DNA of 124,000 nucleotides. Source: Octopus vulgaris. Its lineage: Eukaryota. Of the stretch, positions 66,101-80,700 are shown piece by piece. The notes below the pieces were generated by a model that was not told the origin of the DNA, did not search any database, and saw only the letters and a list, made by a program, of their open reading frames with translations. Where the stretch lies: contig OX597821.1 of assembly GCA_951406725.2 (NCBI GenBank), positions 102,320,001 to 102,444,000 of the forward strand. The letters are read 5' to 3'. The position numbers and the translations under genes were made by a program. Within the stretch, counting starts at the first letter, position 1. The number at the start of each line of letters is the position of its first letter.

Positions 66101-69073
66101 TAATCGTCTTAATCCCTTTGTCTGTCCTTCTTTGTCCCCTCTATGTTTAGCCCATTGTGGGCAATAAAGAACTAAGAAACGTTAGCATGCCAGGCGAAAT
66201 ACTTAGTGGTATTTCAGCTGTCTTTACGTCATGAGTTCAAATTCCAAAGTCGACTTTGCCTTTCATCCTTTTGGGGTCGATAAATTAAGTCCCAGTTGTG
66301 TACAGGGATCGATCAAATCAACTGGCTCCTTTCCCCCAAATTTCGGGCCTTGTGCCTAGAGTAGAAAACCATATATCTGTTACTGACTTTGTTTCAATTA
66401 ATTCCAAAAATAATGAAGGATTTAGTAAATGACAATGACAAATTATCCTTTCACAAAAGGATAATCTGTCATTTATTAGGCTGGTATTTGGGGCATAAGT
66501 TAAATTTTTAAACAGAATGTTTGTATCATAGAAACAGAAAGCTTAGGTTTTTACAGACAGGTAAGTTTACTTTTGGTTTATTTTTAAAAAATTTATTAAT
66601 ACTTGGGTGACTAATCATTGACACAATTCCACTACAATAAGAAATAGAGCATTTGCTCTATTAATGAAAAGAAAAAAAAAAAGCATGTACAAAAACGTAA
66701 TAGGTCTCCTATGAGGCATAATGCATAATCTAGAATAAAAGAAAGTTATGTATTGCTCAACCGAGCAATACACAACTTTCACAGTATATATTCTATGTAA
66801 TTACCTCCCAATATGATAAAAGCTTAAGGTGGTGAGCTGGCAGAATCGTTAGCATGCCGAGCGAAATGCTTAGCGGTATTTTGTCTGCCATTACATTTTG
66901 AGTTCAAATTCTGCAGAGGTTGACTTTGCCTTTCATCCTTTTGGGGGGTCGATTAAATAAGTACCAGTTACACACTGGGGTTGTTTGTCCCCTTTATGTT
67001 TAGCCCCCTGTGGGCAATAAAGAAATAAATATGATAAAAGCTTTCACAATAAACAGGAGCAACACTAAAATGATGCAAGAAACAAACAGACTTCAGAAAG
67101 AAGCAGACCAGGTTTGTACTATGACATTATTGAAGACAAAATGATAATGAAGATTTATGATGATGAGGATAATTTGGAGCACAAAGTATGATAAAAAATA
67201 TGAACAAAATCATAAAAGCCATACCAGGTTAACTCATAAAATTGTAACCCAATAATGTAACAACCTATACAACAAAAACGTTACACTGGTGGTTCCTAAA
67301 CCTATTTTGTTACTCTTACTCTCTTTTAACTCTTTTATTTGTTTCAGTCATTTGACTGCGGCCATGCTGGAGCACCGCCTTAAGTCGAGTAAATCGACCC
67401 CAGGACTTATTCTTTGGAAGCCTAGTACTTATTCTCTCGGTCTCTTTTGCCGAACGGCTAAGTTAATGGGAAGTAAATACACTACCATCAGTTGTAGAGT
67501 GATGTTGAGGGTCAAACAGACACACAAACATATACACACACATACATATATACGACAGGCTTCTTTCAGTTTCTGTCTACTAAATCCACTCACAAGGCCT
67601 TGATTGACCCGAGGCTATAGTAGAAGACACTAGCCCAAGGTGCCAAGCAGTGAGAATGAACCCAGAACCATGTGGTTGGTAAGCAAGCTACTTACCACAT
67701 GGAACTTTTATACAATTTTCCCAAAAATTGTGGAACTCATACTGCATTTTACAGACACTCCCCACCACTCTCATTTTGAAATGACATTAAATGAAACCAT
67801 ACTGTTTTACAGTTGACACATTTATTTATATATGTTTATATATATATATGAAAGGATCTTTGGATGCGGGGCCTGACTGAGGAAATAACAAGGGATTGGC
67901 AGATGATTTGAGAAGACATGTCAAACTAAGTAAAACTGTTGTTTTCCACTCATACAAGCTTGTCTTTTCAGGGGACAGTGCCACATAAAAAGCACCTATG
68001 TTGGTGCAGCAAAAGCACGCCCATGCTGGTGCCACGTAAAAGGCATCCAAGCACACTGTCAACTGGTTGGTGTTAGGAAGGGCATCCAGCCATAGAAACC
68101 ATGCCACAACAGACAATTGGAGTTTGGACAGCTCCCAGCTGGCCAGCTTCAGGTCAAACCGGCCATTCCAGCATGGGAAATGGACGATTATGATGATGTT
68201 GATGGAATCTCCTGTTCATGACAAATAATGAGTGTTCAGTTTTTGCTGAATGACCTAAATGTAGGTACTGTACAGCAGCTCAATACCTACATCAAATTGA
68301 CATTACCTTTACAGGTGCACAAGTGTTCCACATGTGATATGTCGGAATGATCGCAGAGCAAAGTGAGACGGAGTGCTTTGTTCAAGAATGCAACATGCTG
68401 CCCAATCTGGGAATCAAAATCCATGATTTAGGGATTGTGGGTGCAACACCCTAACCACTAGGTATCACACTTCATGCATACATATGTATTCTCTTTTCCT
68501 TGTTTCAGTCACTTGACTGTGGCCATGCTGAAGCACCGCCTTTTTAGTCAAAGAAATCGACCCCAGGACTTATTATTTGTAAGTGTGGTACTTATTCTAT
68601 CGGCCTCTTTTGCTGAACCGCTAAGTTACGGGGATGTAAACACATCAACATTGGTTGTCAAGTGACAACACACACACAAATATATATATATATGATAGGC
68701 TTCTTTCAGTTTCCATCTACCAAATCCACTCATAAGGTGCTACACAGTGGGACTGAACCCAGAATCATATGGTTGGGAAGCACCCTTCTTACCACACAGC
68801 CATTCCTGTGCCTACATGTGTGTGTGTGTGTATAAGGTTGATTTTTTATATCTTTTTTAGGATTGCTTGAAGCTCACTAACTTCCTGCACCTTGATCCTT
68901 GGATCTCACCTTCACACACACAAACATACACAGTTTAAATGTACAGAAAACAAAAGAGGGAACAACAAGCAGGTGTATTAGTTTTATGCTCAGGAAGAAT
69001 GGAAAAGTTTTTGATGTTTTGAAAGGGATGAGAGGAAACAAATGAAGAGAGAGAAAAAATGTGTTGGGATATG

Positions 69074-69130
<57 letters not shown>

Positions 69131-72100
69131 GTGTATATATATATATGAAACTTCACTAAAGTAATTTATACTTATGTGTGTGCATATGTATATATAAAAC
69201 AATAATGTATTGTTTTGAAGGTGACTTTTTTTTATATATAAATAATTAAATTTAATTAACTCTCGGAGTTGTTGGCGTTAGGAAGGGCATCCAGTTGGAG
69301 AAACTCTGCCAGATCAAGATTGAAGCCTGGAGCAGCCATCTGGCTTGCCAGCCCTCAGTCAAATTGTCCAACCCATGCTAGCATGGAAAGTAGACATTAA
69401 ACGACGATGATGATGCTGATGATGATGATATCTTATCTCAGAGAAACAAGTATTCTTTCACAAAATCCACTCAGGGACACATTGCTCAACACAGCTATCA
69501 CCCAACATAACAGCAAAATGCACATTCTATATACAGATACAAAGACAAACACTAAAACACTGGCAACAAAACAAATATCACAACAAATGCAAAACAAATG
69601 CAGTCAACTAATACAATTCCACAACCCTTAAAAGATGAAACTGCATGCCTCAGGAATAAGAAGCTGTACCAGGAGGTGCAGTAGAAGCTTGCATAAAACT
69701 GTTGATGACATAATAATAACAGTTTGTAAGGTGGCAAGCTGGCAGAAACTTTAGCACGCAGGGCGAAATGCTTAGTGATATTTCGTCTGTTTTAACGTTC
69801 TGAGTTAAAATCCTGCTGAGGTTGACTTTGCCGTTCATCTTTTCAGAGTCAACAAATTAAGTACCAGTTGCATACTGGAGTCGATCTAATTGACTGGCCC
69901 CACCTCCTCCAAAATTTTGGGCCTTGTGCCTAGATTAGAAAAGAATAATAATAGCTTGTAATATAAGCATTAGGCCTGAAATTTGGAGGAAGGAGTTAGT
70001 TGATTAAATGGACCCCATTATTTGAGAGGTATTTGTTTATTTTACCAATTCAAAATCGATGAAAGGCAAAGCTGATCTTGGAAAGATTTGAACTTGGATT
70101 ATAAAGATCCAGAACAAATATCACAAATGTGATGCTTTGATGTGCTTGAGAAGACTTGTCAAACCAAGTGAAATCAAAGTTACAGCTAGTGCCAGTGACA
70201 CGTAACCAATTCCATTCCGGTGACACGTAATGCACCTGTGCAGGTGATATGCGAAAGCATGCATACCAATGATTATGTAAAAACGCCCGAGCCAGTGACA
70301 CATAGAAGGCACCCACTAAACTCTCGGAGTGGTTGGCATTAGGAAGGTCATCCAGCCATAGAAATCAGGCCAAATCTTCAGCTTACCAGCTCCAGTCAAA
70401 CTGCCTAACCCATGCCAACTTGGAAAACAAATGCTAAATGATGATGATAATTGACACTATCACCACCAGATGAGAGGACTACAGTATTTCCCTGGTACAT
70501 TATTTTATTGGCACTTGAAGAGTGAAAAGTAAATTTGACCTTAAATGACAATGGTATTAATCATAATAATATTCATGATAATGATAATAATGATATTAAA
70601 TAAAAATCGAATATCTTTTTTTCAACCTCACCACAACAATATTTCCATTTGTCTGAATATTTATTTGCATATTTGTAAAAGCACTCTGGACGGAAAAAGT
70701 CAAAGGCTGACCCCCACAAACGTTCAAACATATACACCCACGTAAATATATAAATTATATATGATGTATATATATATATATTATATACACACAAATCCAC
70801 ATACAAATACCCTCTAATATCTATGTGTATGTGTACACGCAAAAACACACACACACATATATATATATATATAATAGTTGTCATTTAATGAAAAAATAAA
70901 AAAACAAAAATATAACAACAGTCCATTAATTGGCTGAAATAATTGAATAATATCATGTGTGTGTGTATATATATGTATGTATATAACTTTTCAAAGTGGA
71001 TGGAAAAAGGATGAATAATGAATACAGTGCAGAGACCTCCTTGCCATCTCCCATACTTTGCTAACAGCAAACGGAACAAGAATTGATAATATCATACCAC
71101 CACCACTACCATCACAACACATTTTATTATGTCATGACAACCTCCGCACCCCAAAGTCTGTTTCCCATTTTTGTTGTGCTGTTATTTCTGATGACATCAA
71201 TGCCTGAACACAAGCTGGCAACAATAAGTTGTCGACATTTGGAAAGCTCCTGACTGACTTAGTAAATAATGGAAATATAATATACTTAGGTGAAACAACA
71301 ACAGACAAACTGCAGCAGCACCAATAGTGAAAACAAAAACAGCAACAGCTGAGAAGAGAGAGAGGAGGGAGGAGAGAAAGGAGAGCGAGGAAGGGTGGTG
71401 GTGGTGGTTGATAGCTTTTGAAGTAAAACAAGGATAAATGTCAGAAAATATGATTGGGCTTGAATTATTACGCTTGCAAAACAATTGCTTGTACATTATT
71501 TATTTACCTAGCCATTATGGAAAAAAAAAAAAAAAAAAAAAAAAAGAAAAGAAAAAGAGAAAAAGATCCTTGTCATTGACAACTTGGTTAATCAGTAACA
71601 AGTAATTAATAGCTATGTTACGTCTCTGAATATTTACTAGCATAAATGCATGTAGCTGTGAGAGTGTGTATGTTTCTCTACGATTGTTGCATATATGCCT
71701 GTGTCATAAAATGTGTGTGTATATACATGCATGTGTCTAGAGTGAACAGAGGTTAAGCAGAGAAGTGAGGACTCTTTGGCTTTGCAGCAGACAAGGCAAC
71801 ACCTCTCATGGTGGTGCTGTAATAAAATGCACCCACAGCAGACTCAATGAAATCGTTGGTGTTACAAAGTCATCCAGACATAGAAACCACACAAAATAAA
71901 ACAGACAAGCGAGATGCAGTTCTCTGACCTGGATAAGATCTGCATTGGTCTGTGATGCCCATCCACTCCACACCAGCATCGAAAGCAGGTTGTATGAGTA
72001 TGATGGTGATGATGACAATGATGGTCATACAGCTGGTCATAAATATATAATCAAGTATACACACATACATATGCAACTACACAGGCAAATAAACACACGC

Positions 72101-73317
72101 AAACATAATCATGTACACATGCAAGGACATATTCATCTAGTTACCCACTGTTAGGAAAACCAGAGACTTTCTGCTCTGGGCACAATAAATAAATACATAA
72201 ATGAATATATAAAATTTCCATACTTGTGTATTTTTATGAATTCGTAATTATTCTCTGCATATCCAAGTATTTTATGATTTGCTTAGGTATAGCAATACTA
72301 ATAACTGGTTGCTACAATGCAATATGTTTATGCTTTAAAATATGAGTAGGTGTTTTACATGCATACCTGCCTGCCTGCCTATATATATATTTATATGTTT
72401 CAGCCCAAGGTGCCACACAGTGGGACTGAACCTCCAACTACATGGTTCTGGGTTCAGTCCCATTGCATGGCATTTTGAGCAAGTGTCTTCCTTGAGAGTG
72501 GATTTGTCAGATGGAAACTGAAAGAAGCCTGTTATGTGTACATATATATATATATATATCATCATCATCGTTTAACGTCCGCTTTCCATGCTAGCATGGG
72601 TTGGACGATTTGACTGAGGTCTGGCGAACCAGATGGCTGCACCAGGCTCCAATCTGATCTGGCAGAGTTTCTAAAAGAGCGTTGTCAGAGTTCGCTATGG
72701 GGAGTTGAACCCCGCATCCCTGAGACTGGTTGAGTGTCCTGACCATTAAGCTAAACAGCTGTCTCCTCTCATCATTGCTTGACAACTGGTGTTGATGTGT
72801 TTACATCCCTGTAACTTAGCGGTTTGTCGAGACCAATAGAATAAGTAGTAGGTTTAAAAATAAGACCTGGGGTTGAATTGTTTGACAAAAACATTTTAAG
72901 TTGGTGCTCCAGTATGGCTACAGTCTAATGACTGAAACAAGTAAAAGAATATGTGTGTGCGTGTATAGACACACAGAAACACACACATGGTAATTCAGAC
73001 GTTGCTTTAGCATTTAAATGACATATAAATTTCTAATTTTCATACTGTTACAATTTTTACATTTCTTTATTCATTGTTAATACTGTCGCTGCTATTTTGT
73101 TCTGGATATCTTTCGATATGCATATTGTTTCACATATTTTAAACAAATGCCAAGAGGATGTTAATTCTCTTAAAAGCAGTCAGTCGTACATGTTCAAAGG
73201 ATGTTGAAACAAGAAATAGATTGGAATTCTGCTAACCATGTTTCAAATGATTTAATGCTATAAAGCTCAGGCAAAGACTTGCTCAAGTCGGAGAGGCCAA
73301 ACAGCTTCAGTGAAACA

Positions 73318-73334
73318 CAGCCACCTGGTGGAGC
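73318..73334 (-). promoter_or_regulatory. CTCF-like motif
   Basis: GCTCCACCAGGTGGCTG resembles the CTCF core CCACCAGG(T/G)GGC; motif match only. Confidence 0.2.
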
Positions 73335-73466
73335 CCTCCATTTACTTGACTTCCAAATGAAAGGATCTATTTGTCAACTTTAACCAAGGAGGGATCTATT
73401 TGTTCACTTTAGCTAAGTCCTTGCTATCAGTGCTAAAACCTGGTGTATATAAAAAAAGCTTTTGAA

Positions 73467-73504
<38 letters not shown>

Positions 73505-73751
73505 AAATGATCATCATCATCCTCTTTTCCATGCTCACATGGTTTGGGCAGAATTTGCTGAAGCAAATTTTCTAGGGTCAGATGCCCTTCCTAACTTATT
73601 TCTAAGTAAGGTAACATTTCCACAAGACCAGACATGCCACAGAAGAATGGAGCTTATCACAAAGCCACACCTTTATATATATATATATATACACACACAC
73701 ATATATATACATGCACACACACTTTATTGTTAATTGCCATGTATATATGTG

Positions 73752-74185
73752 TACAAGATTTGTTCAAAAAGTATCCAACCTTTAAGCATAAAAGAAAAAA
73801 AACATCCCAATTTTGCTCATTTCACAAATTTTATTTAATCACCTTCAAAATAGGCTCCTCAAGAATTCACACACTTCTTCCAGCAGTTCTGCCACTGCTG
73901 GTAACACCTCTGGAATTATATGGAGATCTGCTGTTGCTTTTCTCATAATTTCCCCTCGTGACTCAAATTGCTTCCCTTCCAGTATGGTTTTCAGATAGGG
74001 GACGAGCCAGAAATCATACAGTGCCAAGTCAAAAGAGTTGAACAAATGGTATGTTGTTTTTGACCAGAAAGCTTGGATGATGTGGGCGGAATGAGCAGGT
74101 GTATCGTTGTGGTGAAGTCGCCAATTCTTTGCTGCCCACAAATTTGGCCACTTTCGACTCACAGCATCATGAAGGCGACATATTA
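73752..74185 (-). mobile_element. Mariner transposase 3' fragment with TIR
   Basis: RKWPNLWAAKNWRLHHNDTPAHSAH...DLALYDFWLVPYLK..LEGKQFES, and a mariner-like end tacaagatttgttcaaaaagt. Confidence 0.9.
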
Positions 74186-74965
74186 ATCTCCACTTGAGTT
74201 CTGGCTATCAACACTGTCAGATTCCAGACAAGTATAGAAAATCCTGGCTTCACTTGACAACCATTGTTGGTGTGTTTACATCCCCCATAACTTAGTGGTT
74301 TGGTAAAAGAGACCAATAGAATAAGTACTATGCTTAAAAAGTAAGTTCTGGGGTTGATTTGCTCAACTAAAGCCCTTCAAGGCAGTGCTCCATCATGGTC
74401 ACAATGAAATGACTGAAACAAGTAAAGGAGTAAAAGAGTGGCAACAATTCCTTATTTTCTTTTGCCAATTGTTTTGTTAACCTAGAAGGTCCCATAGTTA
74501 CGCTCATTTAGGTGGAATTATAATTCAAAATCACAAGTCCTGTCCTTGTTGCAGTGTAATAGCTTGGATACCTCAATGACTGAGGGCTATGCCAGCAGAG
74601 ATCAAGCTCTTGATAGAGCCTTTCATACTAGACAGGTCGAAAAATAGAGGCCAGACTAATGTGGGTCACCTCTTTCCTGAAGTAAAAATTGGATTTTGTA
74701 GGGACAACACCCCTACCTAGAAAAATGCAAAGTTACAGAAGCATTGCCGACAATTCAAAGCCAACAAGACTTGGGAGAGGAAGACCTTCCCTTAAAGAAA
74801 CCGATGACAAAGCAGCAAAATTCTAAAGGAAGCTACAAGGAAAAGCAGAAAAGATAGTCCAGCATTGAGAAGAGTGAAGGTACATTGTCCATGGTCTATG
74901 TCCCTGGGGGAATGAAGGATTTAAGTGAAGTGGTATCTCAAAAACTTTGATGCTTCTTTCTGGTG

Positions 74966-75124
74966 ATGTTACTCTTAGTATTACATTTCCTCACATTCTG
75001 TCCTTTTGGTGAGGCCAACTCAGCCAAAGGAATTCCCCCAACTGCAGCATTTTATTTGAATGTAACAAGGATTTTACATGACATAAATTGGCTCCACTCT
75101 CACTTCACAGTCAAGTGGTTAACA
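74966..75124 (+). CDS. Candidate exon encoding a signal-peptide-like N-terminus (MLLLVLHFLTFCPFGEANSAKG...KWLT)
   Basis: 53 open codons from ATG to a consensus phase-0 donor ACA|gtaagt, with a hydrophobic start. No homology recognised. Confidence 0.25.
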
Positions 75125-78100
75125 GTAAGTGGGACATCCTGCAGTATTTAAGTACCACCACCTCCCGTCATAATGGCTCAAATGTCCAAATTTGTATAAA
75201 ACAATCCCAGCTATATGAGGTTATACGTCATAAATACCAATTTTAGACAAACGCAAAATTATGCTATAGTGCTGAACAATGAAGCTTCTTAATATACTTG
75301 CCCAAAGTGCTATGCAGTGAGATTGAACCCAAGCCATGTGGATGGGAGGCAAACTTCTTAACCACATGGCTATGCTATATACGTACCAAATTGCATCTAC
75401 ACACACATATACACTGTGCAGAATTACACATACTGCTTCAATTCTCGTGTGCTGTTTGATGTATTTGACAATAGTCTCCATTGCAAGTCATTGATAATAG
75501 TGTCTTAGACGAATTATCATGAAAACAGCAACACATTAAATAGTGAATGTCTTCTTCACATCAATTTCCTGTACAGAAAAATCTGCTTGCTGAATGGTGG
75601 TCTTGGATTATTGGTGATTTGGGATCTGCACTACCATGCCTCCAACGAACAAAAGGAAGAAGGAATACAGGAGACGTGTAAGCTGTAACAAAGTGCAGAA
75701 CATATAGGACAGCAGCAATTTTGAGGAGGTGGGGACATGTTGATTACAATGAGTGCAGTACTTGACTGTTACTTTATTTTATTGATCCTGGAAGGATGGA
75801 AGGCATACTTGACCTTGGAGGGATATGAACTCAGGAGGAAATATTAAGCATTTTCTCTGATGCACTAATGATTCTGCCAGTTCTCCACAACAACAACAAC
75901 AATAATAATGGGCTTAAATTTTGCTACAAGGGCAGTAGTTTTGAGGAGGTGGGAATCAGTCAATTACATCAACCCCAGTGTTTAACTGGTACTTATTTTA
76001 TTGACTGCAAAAGGATGAAAGGCAAAGTTGACCTCAGAACATATGAACTCAGGAGGAAATATTAAGCATTTTCTCTGATGCACTAATGATTCTGCCAGTT
76101 CTCCACAACAACAACAACAATAATAATGGGCTTAAATTTTGCTACAAGGGCAGGCCTGAAAGTTTGAGGGAAGGGGTAAGCTGATTACAGTGAACCCAGT
76201 GCTCAACTGGAACTTACTGATGTAAAAGGATGAAAAGCAAAGTTGACCTCAGCAGAATTTGAACTTGGAACCAGATGAAATGCTGGTAACAATAATAATA
76301 ATCCTTTCTACAATAGGCACAAAGCCTGGAATTTATAAGGAGAGAACTAGTTGATTATATTGATCCTAGCACATGACTGGTACTTATTTCATCGACCCTG
76401 AAAAGATGAAGGGCAAAGTTGATAAAAATGGTTTCCAATTTTAGCAGAAGGCCAATAGTTTTGATGGAAGAGGTAGGTAACCCCTTAGGAACCCTGAAAG
76501 GATAAACAGGTATAGTTAGCCTCAGTGGGATTTGAACTCAGAACATAACATGTTGGAGGAAATGCTACTTAGCAGTTTGTTGGATGCACTAATGATTCTG
76601 CCAGCTCAGCACGACAGTAACTCAACATGATAAGACTAGAGGGAACTCCTTAGTCCTGTCCAGACAATCTCTCTAGTGGCAGTAATATGATAAACTGCAC
76701 TCAGTCTATACTTCATACTGTAAAAAAACAAACCTACTTGCCATACAAAAGGAATTAGCAGTTTTCTCTTTTGGTGTGTGTATGTGTGTGTACTAGATGA
76801 CATGCAGTGAGGTACCAAGCAGGAGCTGACCCATGCAACATATGCTGCCATAGACGAGTTGACAGTTTTCACTGGCATATGTTGGAGGAAGTAAAATAGC
76901 TTTTTTATAGAGTTTATAGATAGTACTTACCACCAAGTCAGTCCTGACTGAACAGACTTACGATGAAAGATATTCCAGCCTCAACTGTCCAGTCTGTTTT
77001 TCAGAAACAGAAGGGTATGAACTGGAGTTTTTATTTTGCTTTTGATCTGCTGTTCTTAGGTCATGAGTAATAAATATCTTTGATCTGATAAAAATCACTT
77101 TGCAACCAACAATCCTTTCATATATCGCTGTTGTTGTGATTGTCCTTATCATAATTTAACATCCACTTTTCCATGCTTGCACAAGCCAAATGGGATTTGT
77201 TCAGGCAGATTTTCTTCCTGCTGCCAACTCCCACCTGTTTCCAAGGTAATATTTCCCCATGGCCAGACGTGTTTTACACAGAAGACTGGAAACAAGCAGT
77301 CTCATTTGTATGATGATGATGATGATGATGTTCATTTACAACCATCACATGATGTCTAAACAAGAACATGCACACACACACACACACACACAATGGGCAT
77401 TTTTTAGTTTCCATCTACTAACTCAACAGATAAGGCCTTGGTTAATCCAAGGCTTTAGCAAGAGACACTTGCTTAGGGTACCATGCAGTCAGCTGACCCC
77501 AAGACTACAAGGTTGGGAAGTAAACTTCTTAACCACACAGCCATGCCTGCATATATACCACTGTCTTGACAACTATCACCTGTTTCATGTGTTTGTATTT
77601 CTCTCACTTATAGTTCCTGGGTTGACCAATGCTTTGTGAATGAATTTTGGTGGACAGAAACTGTACAAAAACCCATCATATATATATATCATCATCATCG
77701 TCGTTTAACGTCCGTTCTCCATGCTAGCATGGGTTGGACGGTTCGACCGGGGATCTGGGAAGCCAGAAGGCTGCACCAGGCTCCAGTCTTATCTGGCAGT
77801 GTTTCTACAGCTGGATGCCCTTCCTAACGCCAACCACTCCGTGAGTGTAGTGGGTGCTTTTTACGTGCCACCTGCACAGGTGCCAGGCGAGGCTGGCAAC
77901 GGCCACGGTCGGATTGGTGTATTTTATGTGCCACCAGCACGGAAGCCAGACGAGGCGGTGCTGGCATCGGCTACGAGTCGGATGGTGCTTTTTACGTACC
78001 ACCAGACCAGGGATCCTGGCTGGTTCAATTCGATTTCGATTTCGCTTGCCCCAACATGTCTTCGCAAGCAAGGGGGTTGGCATGGGTGCCTGTTGTACGG

Positions 78101-79216
78101 TCAGATTGGTGTATTTTACGTGCCACCGGCACGGAAGCCAGTGGAGGCGGCACTGGCATATATATATATCTATATGTGTTTGTCTCTACATAGACACCAC
78201 TTGCGTTGTGGTAACATTTGTTCTACAGCGCAGTGTTTCAATGCACACCTTACTCGAAAACGTGTAAGGATTAGTACCAAGAAGGCATCCAACTATAGAA
78301 CACTGTTTCAAGAAGTGTTGCCAAAACGATGGCCATGGACAAAGTGATTGTAAAAACAAAATAATGATGGTGATGGTGTCCATGACTTTTCATTATCAAA
78401 GGTGATTGACCTCATTAACCTTTTTTTTTGAGAAAATCTGGCATCTACCCACAACAGCTAAGAGCCTAGTTAATAGGGATTTGAATTCATAAATCATGAA
78501 CAGGTAGCCCAATACTTCATCAGCTCAGCATTTAGCTTCTCTTTTTAGCAGGATACACATAAAAAAAAAATGTATGCTTGACCACTGTGCTAATATGATC
78601 ACTTGCAGGAATCCTAATAGATTTAATTTAATTACCTAATCATCCTGTAGTTAGATCTCATAAGACAAATTCAGTGAAGTAGTTATCCTATCATGAATAC
78701 TAATAAACATTAACTCATTAATATACAAACAGCATACAGATATGCTAATGATCAATTATCGATACATTGATTATCAAGGAGTTCTCAGGATATTCATTTT
78801 CTTTCATCTTTGTTTTGCTTTTTTGTTTCTTTTTCTTATAATTTTTTCATTAATTCCTTTATTCATTTATTTATTTATTTTAGGAATACAGAATTATCTA
78901 GACTTCCTCTATGTGATACTATTCATTATCTAGATTTGGTAATATATCACCAACCATGTTAAAATATCCACTTTTCCATGCATGCATGGGTCGGATGGAA
79001 TTTGTTGAGTTGGATTTTTCTATGACTGAATGGCCTTCCTGTTGCCAATCCTCACCTGTTTCCCCATAACCTGACATGTTTTCATGGAAGATTGAAAATG
79101 GAAGACATTGCTTGCATCATGATGGTGACACTCATGTACAACTATCTTGCGAAGTCAAGGCAAGGAGGTAGTTACACACATACTCATACACATAAGTGTA
79201 TGTGTGTGTGTGTGTG

Positions 79217-79252
<36 letters not shown>

Positions 79253-79698
79253 TATAGGCGCAGGAGTGGCTGTGTGGTAAGTAGCTTGCTTACCAACCAC
79301 ATGGTTCTGGGTTCAGTCCCACTCTGTGGCACCTTGGGCAAGTGTCTTCTACTATAGCCTTGGGCTGACCAAAGCCTTGTGAGTGGATTTGGTAGACGGA
79401 AACTGAAAGAAGGCTGTTGTATATATCATCATCATCATTTAACATCCGCTTTCCATGCTAGCATGGGTTGGATGGTTCGACCGCGGATCTGGGAAGCCAG
79501 AAGGCTGCACCAGGCTCCAGTCTGATCTGGCAGTGTTTCTACAGCTGGATGCCCTTCCTAATGCCAACCACTCCGAGAGTGTAGTGGGTGCTTTTTACGT
79601 GCCACCCGCACACATACACTGATTATATCTGCATGTATTATCTTTATTTTAACATCCATTATATACATATATATCATATATATATATATATATATGTG

Positions 79699-79762
<64 letters not shown>

Positions 79763-79773
79763 ATCCAGGCTCC

Positions 79774-79820
<47 letters not shown>

Positions 79821-80085
79821 GTGTGTGTGTATATGTTTGTGTGTCTGTTTGTCCCCCCAACATGTCAAGCTAAATGAATTGTGGTTGTTACCAGTGCTGG
79901 TGACATGTAAAAACACACAGCACACGTGGTTGGTGTTAGGAAGGGCATCCAGCTGTAGAAACCAAGCCAAAACAGATGGCTGGAGCCTGGTGCAGCTCTC
80001 CAGTTTACCAGTTCCAATCAAGCCATCTAACCCATGCTAGCATGGAAAATGGATGTTAAATGATGATGATGATGATGCGCTAGAG

Positions 80086-80427
80086 CATATGTTCTCAAAG
80101 TGGCTACTACTGCCCCCTCCACCCCCTGTGGGCGTTGAAGATGGTCCAGGTGGGCGCTGGTGCCTAAGGTGGAAGTGGGGGCAGTAGAGAAAAAGGAGGA
80201 GTTGCGAGGAAGGCAGTGGATTGGGGTACGCTATGAATTTATTATAATATTATTATAGTATTGTATTCAAATTATATAATATTATATTAAATATGAAATG
80301 ATTCATAATATATATAAATTAGTAAAATATAAAATATGCATTTATACATAAAAATAGGGGTGGGGACGCTGAGGGTATTATGTGGCCATGAGTGGGGGTG
80401 GTGGTCCAAAAAGTTTGAGAACCTCTG
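80086..80427. mobile_element. hAT-type MITE
   Basis: Ends cata.gttctcaaa / tttgagaacctctg with 8-bp TSD cgctagag/cactagag. Confidence 0.75.
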
Positions 80428-80645
80428 CACTAGAGTGTAACCTGTCATATGATGGGCAAATGAACCAACCTTTATCAGCTATTATACTGAGACACACACA
80501 TACCATATATAATTTTATTGTACCTGAACTTCTTTTATATCTGTCACTCAGGTTACTCAAGGATTTTCTCTGTTGGCTGAAGGAATTAACAAAAGTTCCC
80601 ATTTCTAAGAACGATAAAAACTAAATCAATAAAAATCACACTTAC

Positions 80646-80700
80646 CTTTAATATCTACTTTCTATTCCAGATGTGTCAAAGTTAAAAACATATTTAATTC
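80646..80700 (-). other. Candidate non-coding (UTR or lncRNA) exon
   Basis: Strong acceptor ttattttctttttcaacag and donor AAG|gtaagt bound 55 nt, but all three frames contain stops. Confidence 0.35.

Noticed and set aside
66516-66560. Apparent phase-0 exon NVCIIETESLGFYRQ with a consensus donor
   Set aside because: The sequence aligns with the right end of the decayed piggyBac-type MITE at about 24383-24615, so it is most likely repeat-derived.
77721-78347. 208-aa ORF and related ORFs at 98180-98629 and 113632-114246
   Set aside because: Lie wholly within SINE family C plus microsatellite.
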